A stretch of 64,000 bases of DNA from Octopus sinensis (taxonomy: Eukaryota). Both the position numbers and the translations under genes were made by a program. The notes beneath the pieces were generated by a model. The model did no database searches. It saw only the letters and a list, made by a program, of their open reading frames with translations, and was not told the origin of the DNA. This document shows, piece by piece, positions 50,850 through 64,000 of this stretch (within the stretch, counting starts at the first letter, position 1; the number at the start of each line of letters is the position of its first letter). Where the stretch lies: assembly GCF_006345805.1 (NCBI RefSeq), contig NC_042997.1:20708001-20772000 (forward strand), written 5' to 3'.

Positions 50850-53482
50850 TACACACACACACACATGTATGTATGTATATATACAATACAAGATGCTTCT
50901 TTCACTTTATGACTACCAAATCCACTTGCAAGGCTTTGGTCAGCCTGGCACTATAATAGAAGACACTTGCCCAATGTGCAGTGCAGTGGGACTGAACCAG
51001 AGACCTCCTATGAGAAAAGGATTAAAATTTCATAAATTCAAATAATGCACCATGTATTGGGTCCTATTTTTTATCAATTTGCACACTATTCTGCTCTTTT
51101 ACTGTTTCTATAATCTGTTCTTCAGGTTTTGTTGGTGTAATGAAACCTCCAGTCTGTGCTCCTTACTCAGTTGTTTCTCCTCTTGACATCACCAATGTAG
51201 TATCAAACCCTCTTGGTCCTCACACTAACAAATATTTCCAGTCTGATCTCTCCAAGGTGTTAGTCATCTAGAACCTCCTCACTGTGGATACTGACTTGCA
51301 ACAGTCTAAGTGAGACATGTATGACACCCATCTCACAAACCTCAGAAGGTATATGTATTACCCTCCTTCCAGGTCTAGAAAATAAATAAAAAAATTATTT
51401 TAACCCATTCATCTTAGCTTCCCTTATAATAACATTTTTGCCTTTATAGTACAGAAAAATTTGTGAAGCTTTCAAATATTTGCATTAACTCACCATGCCA
51501 ATGTTTGAATATGTAGAATCATAAAATTCAAGTTAAAATAATAAAGGAGAAAAACACACAAGAAATAATTGGAGAAATATATTTCTTTTTATGTACAGAT
51601 CATTAATATCACAGTACAACTAGCTTATAAGAAAGAAAACATCAGTTACACTGTTAAAATACATATATTTCTAATGTACTTTATATGAAATCAAGAAATA
51701 TTTCTTCAGCAGAAATTCAATCTTATTGTGGAACTTTGATGTAATCAACATGATGAGTTAAATTTACTGTAATTTTTTTTAAAGAATTGTGTGTAGATGT
51801 AGAAAATTAAAAAAAAAAACTTTCTCAAAAGAAAATAAACATTTATTTTAATGTACATTTTGTTGCCAATAGACTAATAGGAGAAAACAAAACATGCTGG
51901 TGCAATTTCCATTCTAATTTCTTACGTTAATCAGGAACAAAGCTATAATCAGTTTCTATCAAATTTCAAAGACATTTCAATTAATTTCAGGAAGGAAACA
52001 AGTAACAAAACTAAAATATAATACAATAAAAGTAAGAAAAGGAAGAAGTTAAATAATAAAATATAAGAAAATAAAATAAAAACAAAAACAAAAAAAATGA
52101 CTTTGTAATTAACAATATTCATGTACAAGTTGAAAATCAATACATGTTTTTCTTTCTGAGCCTTGTGTTGATAACTTATTGGTTTCCCTGTAAGTTAATA
52201 ACATTCTTCAGTCTTTATATTTTTTAGTTTTCATTAGGTAACAAAAAAAATATGTATCAGTAATTCAAAAACATATTCACCACACATGCATACACACACA
52301 CACACACACACACATGGACACGGACACATACGCACATATGCTACATGAGTAAATGTGTGTGTTTATTGTGGTATTTTGCTGGAATGTGTATATGTGGTAT
52401 CTTGATAGGATGTGTGTGTGTGTGTGATTGTGTTTGATCATATGATAAAGTATGCATCTACACATGCATATGGGTATGTATCTAAGTATGTGTATTTATA
52501 TTTATGTATTTTTCCGCATGTTTTGTTTGTGTATTCATGGCTATATACATTTGTGCTTTATTTTTGTGAACATACTGATCAACAACTTGTTTTTCTCGCT
52601 TAAAGGCACAAATATTGTTGCTGTTTATAAATTGAACATTTATATTTTTTTCTTTCATTATTGATTTGTCATAAACTAAGAAGGAATTAGAAACTTTCTG
52701 TCACAGGGACATTGTTTTCGGTGACAGTTTGAACTTTGCTTTTTATGAGTTGGTTTTGCTTCCTGTCATGTGACTGTTATTGTAGTGTTATCTGGAAACC
52801 TGGAAGTCTGCTTTTATAAAAATATAGAAATATAATACCTTGGGACATATATTATTTGCTTTCATTATTGATATATATGCATGAAGTCAAAAGCTGAGAG
52901 TCAGTGTGGAATGGACTGAAAAATACAAGAGTCTAGGAAGAAATATTGGTGTAGTTAAAATGCAGTGGTTGCTGTTTAACTATAAGTCAGTCCTCATGAA
53001 ATAGACTGATGGTCAAAGGAGTTCCAGATGAAAAGAAAAAACTGTATTTCTCTATATCTAGGATTACATTGTTCAATGTATGCTTCCACCTTTCAAGACA
53101 GTAAAAAGCAAATTGAAGATTTGGCTGCTGTTTCATCCTGAATAAACTACCATGTAGAGGTTCAGCTGTTGGCTCATTAATATGCAGTATAATATATTTG
53201 AGTTATTCATTGAATTTATATTTGAAATACTAGGTTTATGCATAAATAAACTTCAGAATTTTTAGCTTTATTCCATAAAAGTATTTGAAACATGTATTTC
53301 TTAATTGCCTTCTTAGAAGCACACATGATGCATATCCTCCACACATAAACAAATCATATGCACACTTACACTCACAGATTATGAGTGGACTAGATTACAT
53401 ACACATATTTGCACAGACACAGATTTTAGTATATCTCTATATATATAAAACTGAGAATGTGTGTGTGTGTGTGTCTGTGTGT

Positions 53483-53772
53483 TTCCCTAAAACTTGAGAA
53501 CTGCACGACCAATTTCATTCAAATTTTACACATGCCTTACTTAGAGTCCAGGAAGTGTCATCGGCAAAAAATTTTAACTTTTTGCCTAGGGCGAGCCCAC
53601 AGCAATATCATATCTTCTCCACTACGATTCCCTAAAACTTGAGAACTACACAACCAATTTCATTCAAATTTTACACATGCCTTACTTAGTATCCATGTAG
53701 TTTCATGGGCAAAAAAAATGTTCAACTTCTTGCCTAGAGCGAGCTCATAGCAATATCATATCTTCTCCACTA
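53483..53772 (+). repeat. 145-bp tandem duplication after a (TG)n tract; possible Helitron/Helentron-associated non-autonomous element core
   Basis: ttccctaaaacttgagaact starts at 53483 and 53628. The element class is an inference from architecture only. Confidence 0.6.
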
Positions 53773-54576
53773 TTTCAGTATTACGTGTTAAAAGTGAAAC
53801 AAAAACATTTCTCTATTTTATGTCAAACGCTTTCACTTTAACAATAAAAATAATAATAACAATTGAATTATATGTAGTAAGTAATAATTAAAATCAAACT
53901 AAAGTATAATATAATCGTAACATAGCAAAAGTAAAAATAGCAATTGGTATAAAATTGCATCAATGACTTGGACTTGAATAAGTAGTTTCACATGAATGGG
54001 AATAAATTAAAAATAAAATTAGCGTGCAGAAATGGAATAGTCCAGATGGATAATAAAAAATTAAATTAAAGAAAAGATTATTGTCTATAAAGTATACAAT
54101 GTAGAGAAAAAAGAAGATTTGAACACCTGGAGGAAAGCACCATCAAAAAGTGTCTTGGTGCAACTATGAAAGATATCTAACCAGAGGTGGTAAATTCGCC
54201 ACAATAGAAGCAAGGTTCGAGTCAACGGAGCGTGCAAGGGAGTACTCGATTCGAACTTGCAAAGTGGAAATATTTTATTTTTACCTTTATATCTGGGACG
54301 TAGGACGTACCGGATAAAAATTTAAAATCCCACCCCACAAAAAAACAGTTGAGGTAGGCTGGATTGTAGCCACATCTCTATACAAGAGGGAGGACAAGAC
54401 GCAGTTGATCGAAATTACAAGAGACGGGCTTACAATTCCAGTCTGTTATATATTTTGAGTATTGTTATCACTAGCGAAATCAAGATATAACTTGTACTTT
54501 GTATTTTATGTGTAGATATATATATATATAGATGCACATGTAATATGTACACATATATATACACATATATACATGC

Positions 54577-54617
54577 ACTAGCACTATGACCCGGCAACGA
54601 CAGGTCATAATGCTAGT
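54577..54617. other. 41-bp hairpin mini-element ACTAGC…GCTAGT in (TA)n
   Basis: actagcactatgacc-cggcaacgaca-ggtcataatgctagt: 15-bp stem with one mismatch. Confidence 0.7.
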
Positions 54618-54673
54618 ATATATATATATATATATATATATACCCACATTAACTTTATATATATATATAATAT

Positions 54674-54727
<54 letters not shown>

Positions 54728-55057
54728 TATATATATGTAGTTTTATAACACCCAAATGAACAAACCAGGTTACATAACTAACAGTAATTGCTTAATTCTC
54801 AGACTTACAGTTATCAGGTGTGAGATTGGTTGAGACAGGGTCATGTGATGGTTATATGTTATGTGTTGAAAGGTTAAAATATGATAGAAAGGACAAGAAT
54901 AGGCTTGTTACTATAGAGAAAATGCATGGCTACTCTGCATTATATAAGTATGGGTCAGGTAATTTGAGTGGTGCTGGAAAGAGACATAAAGATGGCAGGG
55001 ATGATACATCAGAGCATAGTCTCAAGGTACAAGAAGATGAATAGAAGAAAGTATGGG

Positions 55058-55343
55058 GAGGTGGCTGTGTGGTAAGAAGTTTGCTTCCCAACTACATGGT
55101 TCTGGATTCAGTCCCACTGTGTGGCACCTTAGAAAAGAGTCTTCAACTATAGCCTCAGGCTGACCAAAGCTTTTGAATAAATTTGGTAGACACATTCTTT
55201 ATTTTCTTTCCCTGTTTCTTTCTGTGGAAGAGTGTAAGCACGAAACGTAAAAGACTTTCTCACTTCCTGAGCGTTATACTAATACATCTGTTTGTTGTCT
55301 ACACCACCTGTCTTTGTCTTTTGTTTTTGTGAATTCTCCCCCC

Positions 55344-55345
<2 letters not shown>
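55058..55345 (+). mobile_element. SINE A head (55058-55190) fused to a short repeat with a hammerhead-like motif (55195-55345)
   Basis: Head as in 12860; the motif lies at 55217-55254. Confidence 0.6.
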
Positions 55346-55376
<31 letters not shown>

Positions 55377-56767
55377 CTGTGTTTGTGTTTACATCCATTC
55401 TTTCCCTTGTATTGATATGACACAAACCTACAAATAGTGTGTGGTTATGGAGAAATACTACATCGCTTAGCAACAGAAAGTGCAACTCTTTGTAGAAATT
55501 CTGTCGGATCCATGTAAGCATAGAACAGTAGATATTAAAGCAATAAGAATGATCAACTCATAGTATTTTATTATAAATGTATAATTATAGATACTGTAAC
55601 TTAAACATCAAGAAGTCAGATATGTGATCAGTAACACTTGCAAAACTTTAAGTAGTAACAGGGAGCAATCTAAATACTGCTACAAATATATAAATTAATA
55701 TGTGTGTGTGTGTGTATGTGTGTGTGAGTGAGAGAGAGAGAGAGAGAGAGAGGAAATGTACAGTGTAGTGTTGAATCTGATTTCCATTCTATATGGGAAA
55801 TATCAAAAGCTAGTAAATATGTATATGTGTGTGATCATGTGGAAATTATGAGTTAAATAGGTTTAATTCATACTTCATTCAAAACATATAATACAGTGAT
55901 TATATTTCATTAATAATTTTACTGATATCAATAACTATAATAATTAGCAGCCAATAGTTTTTAAAATATTAGCATGAAATGCAACAAATCAGCTGAACAT
56001 ATAAGTCATGATTCCCTTTGAAATATTCATTTTATTAAACATCATTAACCTTGCTTTCATATATTATATGTAATTTTCTGTTTGCCTCATGTTATCTCTG
56101 TATTTTGTATACAAACTAATTAGTTGATTTTTTCTCTTTCCTTCTTCTTTACTTTATTATGTTCCAGAAAATTTTAAATGCTAAAATTTTTATCTATAAT
56201 ATTTCTTTGTAAATAAATCTAAGAAGTATATTTACAAAAAAAAAAGGCAAACAAACACAAGTGATGAATTATGTACGACTGTGACTAAGCTACATTCTAA
56301 TTTGAAAATATTCTGATTGATATCTATCGACTTCATCATTAAAGTTCATTAAAAAGGTTCATTACAATATGAATATATACAATTTATCTTTTGATCCTTT
56401 TATGTATATACATACATACATACATACACACATACATACACACACACATACATACATACACACGTATACATACATACATACATGCATACATATAAGCATG
56501 CACACATACACATGCACACATACACATGCACACACAGATACACACTCACACATCATCATCATCATCATCATCATTTAATGTCCACCTTCCATGCTTGTAT
56601 GAGTTGGACTATATATAATAAAAACTGGACGTGGGTGATCATTGTATTCTTTCTTGTCTTGAGGTTCACAGCCAAACGGCTGGATAGATTCACGTGAAAA
56701 ATGGCATACATGTGGAGACGAGTGCATAGATTGGAATGCAGTTTGTATTTTTTTCTAGCCCCCATAC

Positions 56768-57910
56768 TTACCGAGAAAATCGATTAAAACTTTTTCTAAT
56801 GGATTTCTCCTGTTTGTTCCGCCATTAAAACAACCAGTTGCTCACACAGCCGGCATATACCATTTCGCTAGCAACAAGGTGAGTACAGGATGACAGTCAG
56901 ATAAAACTTTCACTATGCTGTCTCTCTTCTTCTCTCTCACATACATACGCGCAAGCACGCACGCATGCACACACACATATGCACACACATACACACACAT
57001 CCATTTCATATATCTTCTTTCAATTTCTGCTCTCTGCAAATAAAATTTTTACGGGTACAACCACTTACAAAATAGGGATTAATGTATAATTTCTTTCTAT
57101 GTTCGTAATTAAATCAATGTTTAACTGATTAGACAGAGGTCCCATAGAATAGCTCTCAGAAACAGACTATGTACAAATTCTTTCTTCACAATTCCTGAAG
57201 CTGTTTTCTGACATGAGGGGAGGCTCCAATCAAAACAGGGGACCCGAAATAAGGTTGAGAAATGCTGTTATAGATTATGCCTAACCAAAAACGATCACAG
57301 CCACATCATCCAAATAGACCCTCCATAGTTACCGAGAAAATCGATTAAAACTTTTTCTAATGGAATTCCCCATTTTTTTTTCCGCCATTAAAACAACCAG
57401 TTGCTTACACAGCCGGCGTATACCATTTCACTACCAACAAGGGGAGTACAGGATGACAGTCAGTCAAAATTTTCGCTATGCTGTCTCTCTTCTTTCACCT
57501 CTTTGTGGTGTTAATAATCTTAATCTTTACTTACAATTTCTCAGTCAAACTACACACACACACACACACGCACATCCATTTCATATATCTTCTTTCAATT
57601 TCTGCTCTTTGCAAATAAAATTTTTACAGATACAAATGCTTACAATAATAGGGATTAATGTATAATTTCTTTCTATGTTCATAATTAAATCAATGTTTTA
57701 ATGATTAGACAGAGGTCCAACAGAATAGCTCTCAGAAACAGACTACGTACAAATACGTCAGTCATCATGACACACACCTTCACTCACTCACTCTATCTCT
57801 CTTTCTCACCCTCTTTCTCTCTCACATATACATGCGCAAACACACACACACACACACACACACACTTCCATTTCATATATCTTCTTTCAATTTCTGCTCT
57901 CACATGCACA
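56768..57910 (+). repeat. Diverged direct duplication (56768-57178 and 57329-57754; 561-bp offset) plus a third partial copy (about 57790-57900)
   Basis: ttaccgagaaaatcgattaaaactttttctaatgga…aaacagacta.gtacaaat occurs twice. Confidence 0.85.
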
Positions 57911-57939
57911 TTGTTTATTTTTAATTTAGTTGACTACAC

Positions 57940-58120
57940 AGTATAGTAGGGTCAGTTGGGCACCAGTTGTGAGAAAAGCAGCACAATGACGCAATTCACT
58001 CTGCCAGAAATTTGGAAGCAACATGCTGTCCTGCTTGGTATTCATGCCGGAAGCTCCAATACAAACATTTCAGAATGTTTGAGTGTCAATCTGATGACAT
58101 GCACTGAGGATTTTGCCCTT
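57940..58120 (+). mobile_element. Tc1/mariner-like transposase N-terminal (HTH) fragment, internally deleted element
   Basis: MTQFTLPEIWKQHAVLLGIHAGSSNTNISECLSVNL resembles mariner HTH N-termini as I recall them; no catalytic domain is visible. Confidence 0.4.
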
Positions 58121-58399
58121 GCAGCATTAGTGTTGAGAAGAAAAAATAATGCTGGATACTTTTTGATTATACCTTGTATTATGATAGAATAAATAAGATT
58201 AAGAAGCATCATAATGAAAACATTTTTGATCGTAGCTTTTCTGGATCAATACTTATCTGTGCTAAATAACAACATCAGCTGTATAAAATTACTGGCCTTT
58301 TTTCATATCAGGATCTCTTGTGACATTTTGATTTTCAAATTTTGTCAGCTGCCTTTCAGTTACACATAAAGATACTTATGGATTTAAACAGTTGAGGAG

Positions 58400-59035
58400 A
58401 TCCTGTACTTGAGGAGACCTATTGAGTCAAGTACATCAACATCAAAATAAAAATCAAATGGATATTGTAGTTGTGATACCCGTACTGGTGGCACGTTGGG
58501 CCTCACAGTGGAAATGACAAAAGACCGAGACCTGAGATATGCTGTGACTGTGAAGACCCGACAAATGAAATGAGCTCATGGCTCGCAGGACAGCCTGCTG
58601 TGCCATAGAGTGACCCACTGTATAGAGCTTGGATTGTAGTGACTCACTGTGCTTGAGGAGACCTATTGAGTCAAGTACGTCAACATCAACATCAAAATAA
58701 AAATCAAATGGAAATTGTAGTTATGTTACCAATGCTGGTGGCATGTAAAAAGCACCATCTGATGCCAGTGCCGCCTGACTGGCGTCTGTGTCAGTGACAT
58801 GTAAAAAGCACCAACCGATCATGGCAGTTTGCCAGCCTACCCTGGCCCCTGTGCCGGTGGCATGTAAAAGGCACCCACTACACTCACAGAGTGGTTGACG
58901 TTAGGAATGGTATCTAGCTGTAGAAACACTACCAAATCAGACTGGAGCCTGGTGCGGCCTCCTGACTTCCCAGGCCTTGGTCGAACCGTCCAACCCATGC
59001 TAGCATGGAAAACAGACGTTAAACAATGATGATGA
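58400..59035 (+). mobile_element. RTE 3' end/UTR with an internal duplication and (GAT)n tail
   Basis: cttgaggagacctattgagtcaagtac…aaaataaaaatcaaatgg occurs at about 58408 and 58653; the tail ends at about 59035. Confidence 0.75.
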
Positions 59036-59454
59036 GGAGGAGGATGATGACGAATCTGAAAAACCAAGGATGGTCTATGTTTATAAAAAGTTATACAGAA
59101 TGTTTGTATAGTGGAATAAATTACTGTGCTGTGAAGGAGAAAATTCTAACATTTTGGACAAACCCCTTCATCAAAGAGGATCATTTACTAGTAGCACTGG
59201 ATAAATATATTAAGAGTAATGAAAGTAAGGAAAAATTAACAGTAAAGAATAAGTAAGACAGAAGGATTAAAACAAAATATACAAGTGTTAGCAATTGTCA
59301 AATTAAGATAAAAATATTCAGCATGATACTAGAAGATTTAGTACTCAAATTTCTATTTCTATTGACTGTACTATAACTTTTTCAGTAAATATTCCACTAA
59401 TCATAGCATAAAATCTTTACTTTTGATGACTGTTGTTGCATGGAGTTATTTTAT

Positions 59455-59690
59455 CTTCTTATTTCTTTACTGCCCACAAGGGGCTACACACAGAGGGGAC
59501 AAACAAGGACAGACAAATGGATTAAGTCGATTATATCAAATCCAGGGCATAACTAGTTCTTATTTAATCGACCCTGAAAGGATGAAAGGCAAAGTCAACC
59601 TCAGCAGAATTTGAACTCAGAACGTAAAGACAGACAAAATACCACTAAGCATTTCGCCAGGTGTGCTAACATTTCTGCCAGCTCGCTGCC
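59455..59690 (-). mobile_element. SINE family B, full length
   Basis: The minus strand begins ggcagcgagctggcagaaatgttagc. Confidence 0.85.
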
Positions 59691-60621
59691 TTATTTTATC
59701 CTTTTGTCTATCTTTACATGACACTAAATTTCAACTGCACAAATGAGGAAGCTTTTACACAGTCACTCAACCTGGTAGCAGCCAAATTTTCCTCACATCA
59801 CACTTTACTACTTTAAAAAATTCAAAGTGAGAAACATTTGATATTTTAATCCTAGGAACACTGTAGCTAAAAATGTGATGGAATGGTCAATACTGGGATG
59901 CCTTAGATCACAAGCCTGCTTGATCAGTTCTGAAGTAGGGCTAACTAACAACAACATTATGAAAAAATTAAACAAAATCCTGCTCTTCAAGATCTATATC
60001 TACTACTTTGAATTTTCCTAGTTTCTCAACACTTTATTTGAAAGGGGCCGAAAAAGAGTGACATGTAAAACTTGACAATGAAAAATAGCAGAAAGAAAAA
60101 TGAAAGGAAAAAGTGACAAAAGTTAGTGGTTTTTCCAATTTGTAAGGTATCTGCCATGTCTAGTGTTTGCCTAGCTTGCTGAATCATCATTGTTGTTTAA
60201 TGCAGAAGTCATGCTTCTCTGAGTACATAGACTTAAATGTGAATTTTGATATGTGCAAATTCCTCTGCATAGCTTCCTATTATAATGCATGTTCACAAAT
60301 CATATGTTATTGATTGAAGATTGAAAGAACTCATATTCTCACTGACAACAGTTATGTCAATATTATTTTCTTTATTTTGCCTTATATTTTTAGAATGGCC
60401 ATATAAAACTTGTTGTACAACGTATTGAGTAAAAAAATCTAATTTTTTTTTCCTTTGCACAAACAAATACAGGACATGCGCAGAAGTTGATAGATTATAT
60501 TTTTTTACACCCATTCAGTTGGAAATTAAAGTATTGGATATGACATCGACAGATTGACTAAAGTTATAACTATCAAGCTATACCCTTTACAGTATACACA
60601 CATACACATAAGCATTAACAG

Positions 60622-60667
<46 letters not shown>

Positions 60668-60687
60668 CATACAAACATATATATATG

Positions 60688-60726
<39 letters not shown>

Positions 60727-60742
60727 CAAATATATATATATA

Positions 60743-60791
<49 letters not shown>

Positions 60792-61204
60792 GATCATAAT
60801 AATAATGATGATGATATAGAGATGAAATTGGAAACTTAGGAGTTCAGAATAAAAATTCTGTGTATAGTGGTTGCTCGGCTGCATTACATAATTCCTTGTC
60901 ACTCATAGCTTCAGAAAAACAGTAAATCAATAATTCTCCCATCAATTATTTTATACAAAAGACTGGCTAAAAATTAAACCTGGAGTTACTGTAGTTTATT
61001 ATCTTTCATTAACAACATTACTAAGAGTCACAGTATAAGTATTTCCATTTTGAATTCTGCCAGCAGTCTTCTTCAAATTGTACTTACAATCTGATTTTTT
61101 TTAATTCCCAAAATGAAAATACCTAAATATTCTTACACGAAAAATATCAAATGCCACTGTGTTATTAATAATAATTACAAAGTCATTTTACAAAGCAAAA
61201 AACA

Positions 61205-61345
61205 TAATGCCATCTATTTGAAAAAGGAGTCATTTGTCTTATGCTTACAAGAAGCACAAAGTGGCATACAGTACTCCAGACTTAAAATTAAGGGCATGTC
61301 TATAGTAACAGAAGAAACACATAAGAAATATAGAAGTGTTTTGAA
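61205..61345 (+). mobile_element. LINE apurinic-endonuclease remnant
   Basis: FVLCLQEAQSGIQYSRLKIKGMSIVTEETHKKYRSV resembles the LINE EEP N-terminal xLCLQE motif region. Confidence 0.4.
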
Positions 61346-64000
61346 TAATGTTTGGATTCTCACTATTTTGCTAGCACTCCATGAATTATTAAATGTTTTG
61401 TAGACATCAGCATGCACCAGCATATAATTTTCTTGCTGCTTTCTATAAGCAAGCCTTTGTGCTCATATGAGATCTATCAGTTCTGTAAGGTAGGTTTGAT
61501 AGAGGAGTCACATAATTAAGTTGAAACTCTATGGTGCCTCAAAGTTTCTTACACCAGTGAATCATACGTGTTATTATCACAAATTGTCTTAAGGCAGGTG
61601 ATGTTCTATGATGATGAAAAGCAACAATGGTGTTCAAATTCATGTTCATGGTTCATGTCTGCCAGAATGTATTAAGGATGAATAGATATGTTAAAATCTC
61701 CATTATATGAATACATGAAACTAAAATAACAATATTGAGGTGGTGCTAACCAAAGTGGAATAGTCATAATAATATCAATTAACAAATTTCCTAGCATACA
61801 TTGTCTGGCTTCTAAGATATCATCCACAAACTCACCTCAGCCCTAAATCCACATTAGTGAACTTGACCATCATCATTATTCTATGTCTGCTTTCCATGTT
61901 GGATCAGTCACTCCATCCTGAGCCAGTTACTTTCCTTCTATATGTATTAAAGGAACACATCTTGCACATACATTTCATGTTTTGGTTTTGGTTTCAGTGG
62001 ATGGATGCCTTTCTTGATACAAACCACCTTACAGTGCATACTGAGAGTTATAATACATAAAAGAGTTACTAAATTATTAATAGACATGAAGTTAATTCCT
62101 TGGTAATAAACAAACATCTTAGCTTAGTAAATAATGTTACACTGGTAAATTTATTTAACACTGGATGCTTGGAGTGTGGGTACAACACTGATTTGATATT
62201 CTATAAGAATCAAATAATAGCAGTGTGAGAGAAGTCAATCTTGGACCCAATTCTCCAAACTTAACACCTTCTTATAACTGTTGGAATAGTTCCAATTATC
62301 ACTCTTACTAGAATGATAATTGGATCTAAGAGTTCGTTTGAGATGTCAATTCAATTCAGAGAGGGTAAATTTGGGTAATATATAATCTTTTAATTGCTAA
62401 TCCTGTTCAAAAGTGAAGTCTAAAAAACAAAGAACCAAGCATTAAATATCTTATTCTCGGGAACAAAGCTGAAAAACTGCAGAAATCCAAAATATATATA
62501 TTTCTATGTTTACTGGCCAGAATGAGCACACAGAATAAATATCCTCCAAAATTTAACTCCCCATTAAAATATAGGTTTTCCAATACAGTTAATAACACCA
62601 ATGACTCTATCCTATGTACTTAGCTGCAGAACATGTATTGAGTTGGGTTAATTCTCCATATATAAGGTCTCTGGACTGCATTCTCAACATGAAATGCTGA
62701 TATGTAACTGTTATCAAACGTGTTTTCTGTCCGCAAAAGACTTCCAATTGATTGATATCAACAAATATAAAGGAAATCAAAATCAAGAAAATGAATCATA
62801 TCTTCTGTTCTTGTAAATGTTCCCAAAGAGTCTAACCCACATAAAGATCCATATTCAGCAAATTTAAAGCCAAAAAAAGAACAAAGATACTAAAATAAGA
62901 AATTGTTAGAATGATAAAGAATTTTAGAACATGGTAAAAAAAAGGTTAGCTATTTATAATAATATTCAAATCTTAAATAGACTGGTAAAATTTTAAAACA
63001 AATTAATAACAATTAGTTTATTCCTATAAAGACAAGTTTAAAAAATTCACACTGTAAAACCATTTACATATATATAGCACAGCAGTAAATTCATCGTTTG
63101 AACTAACAGATGAATAGTTCACTACTAAGTGACAACTTTAATTAAGAAAGAGTGATCAGGTTCCTGAGGAATATATAGTTGTCACAAATAAATATTAACA
63201 TTGATTTATTCATGTGAGGCATAGTTTTAACACCTTTTGATTGATAACATTCTAACACCAGATATTAATATATATTCACACTTTTTGTGTTTATCAATAT
63301 CAACAGCATTTTGTTATCGTATTTGTTTTGCAAGATTCTTATTTTTAATGATTCTTTTATTAATTTCATTATTTGTAAAATGATAAGTATTGACTTTATA
63401 TTGTAAATACATTATATTTATAAGATAACTCGCAAAAGTTATTTTTTATTATATTTTCAAAATTTGTACTAAGTATAAATAAGAGCAAAACCAATACATT
63501 AAACCTGAAGCTAAACCAAAGCTCGGCACTACTATATTTATTAAACATTTTTTTCCATTGTCAATTGAATTTTTTTTTAAAAAAACCTATATCACCTGCA
63601 AGTGTTATGAAAAATTGTGGAGTAGTGACCAAGGTTCAAACTCAAGAATCTTAAAGACCTGACCTAAAAGCTGTAAAGTAAAAATATCTGATTATCTACC
63701 TTCTGTAGAAATCTAAATTTGAAATAGCAAAATATTGTACTTTTGAATAAAGAAGCAAATATTTCGATTCTCAAACATGTAATTTGTTACTTTGTGAAAG
63801 ACAGTATCTTAGCTTTGTATAGTTTTCTGAATTGAAAGAATAGCAGGGTCTGATGTGACGCAGGAATTACTAGGTACTGGTCTTTAGTATTACAGTGATA
63901 ACTTTGAACATGTTCCATATTTAATTTACTTTATCCACTTTAAATTTTAGAGTTAAGCTTCTTTACCTTTCATATACAGAATTATCATTGAAATAGTAAT

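Overview
This is AT-rich eukaryotic genomic DNA, dominated by transposon debris and microsatellites. The SINE/LINE families and the dense (TA)n, (CA)n, (GAT)n and (AAT)n tracts most resemble an octopus (coleoid cephalopod) genome; this is inferred from remembered repeat consensi, not a database search. No intact host gene is supportable, and only a few weak splice-signal or micro-exon candidates were seen, so the window is probably intronic or intergenic. Recognisable content: a decayed Ty3/Gypsy pol, about seven R4/Dong-type LINE 3' fragments sitting in (AAT)n, many RTE LINE fragments, a pogo/Tigger transposase relic, several modular tRNA-derived SINE families, MITEs and long palindromes. The most interesting signal is a young, CpG-rich 777-bp head-to-tail array at 33251-35102. 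It carries a hammerhead-like CTGANGA...GAA motif that recurs with identical spacing in a diverged solo relative at about 6.4-6.7 kb. Several other short repeats abutting (TA)n also carry degenerate minimal-hammerhead-like motifs. Together these suggest Penelope-like or retrozyme-like elements, but no copy shows a fully canonical hammerhead. Most long ORFs in the supplied track are microsatellite artefacts or antisense shadows of transposable elements.
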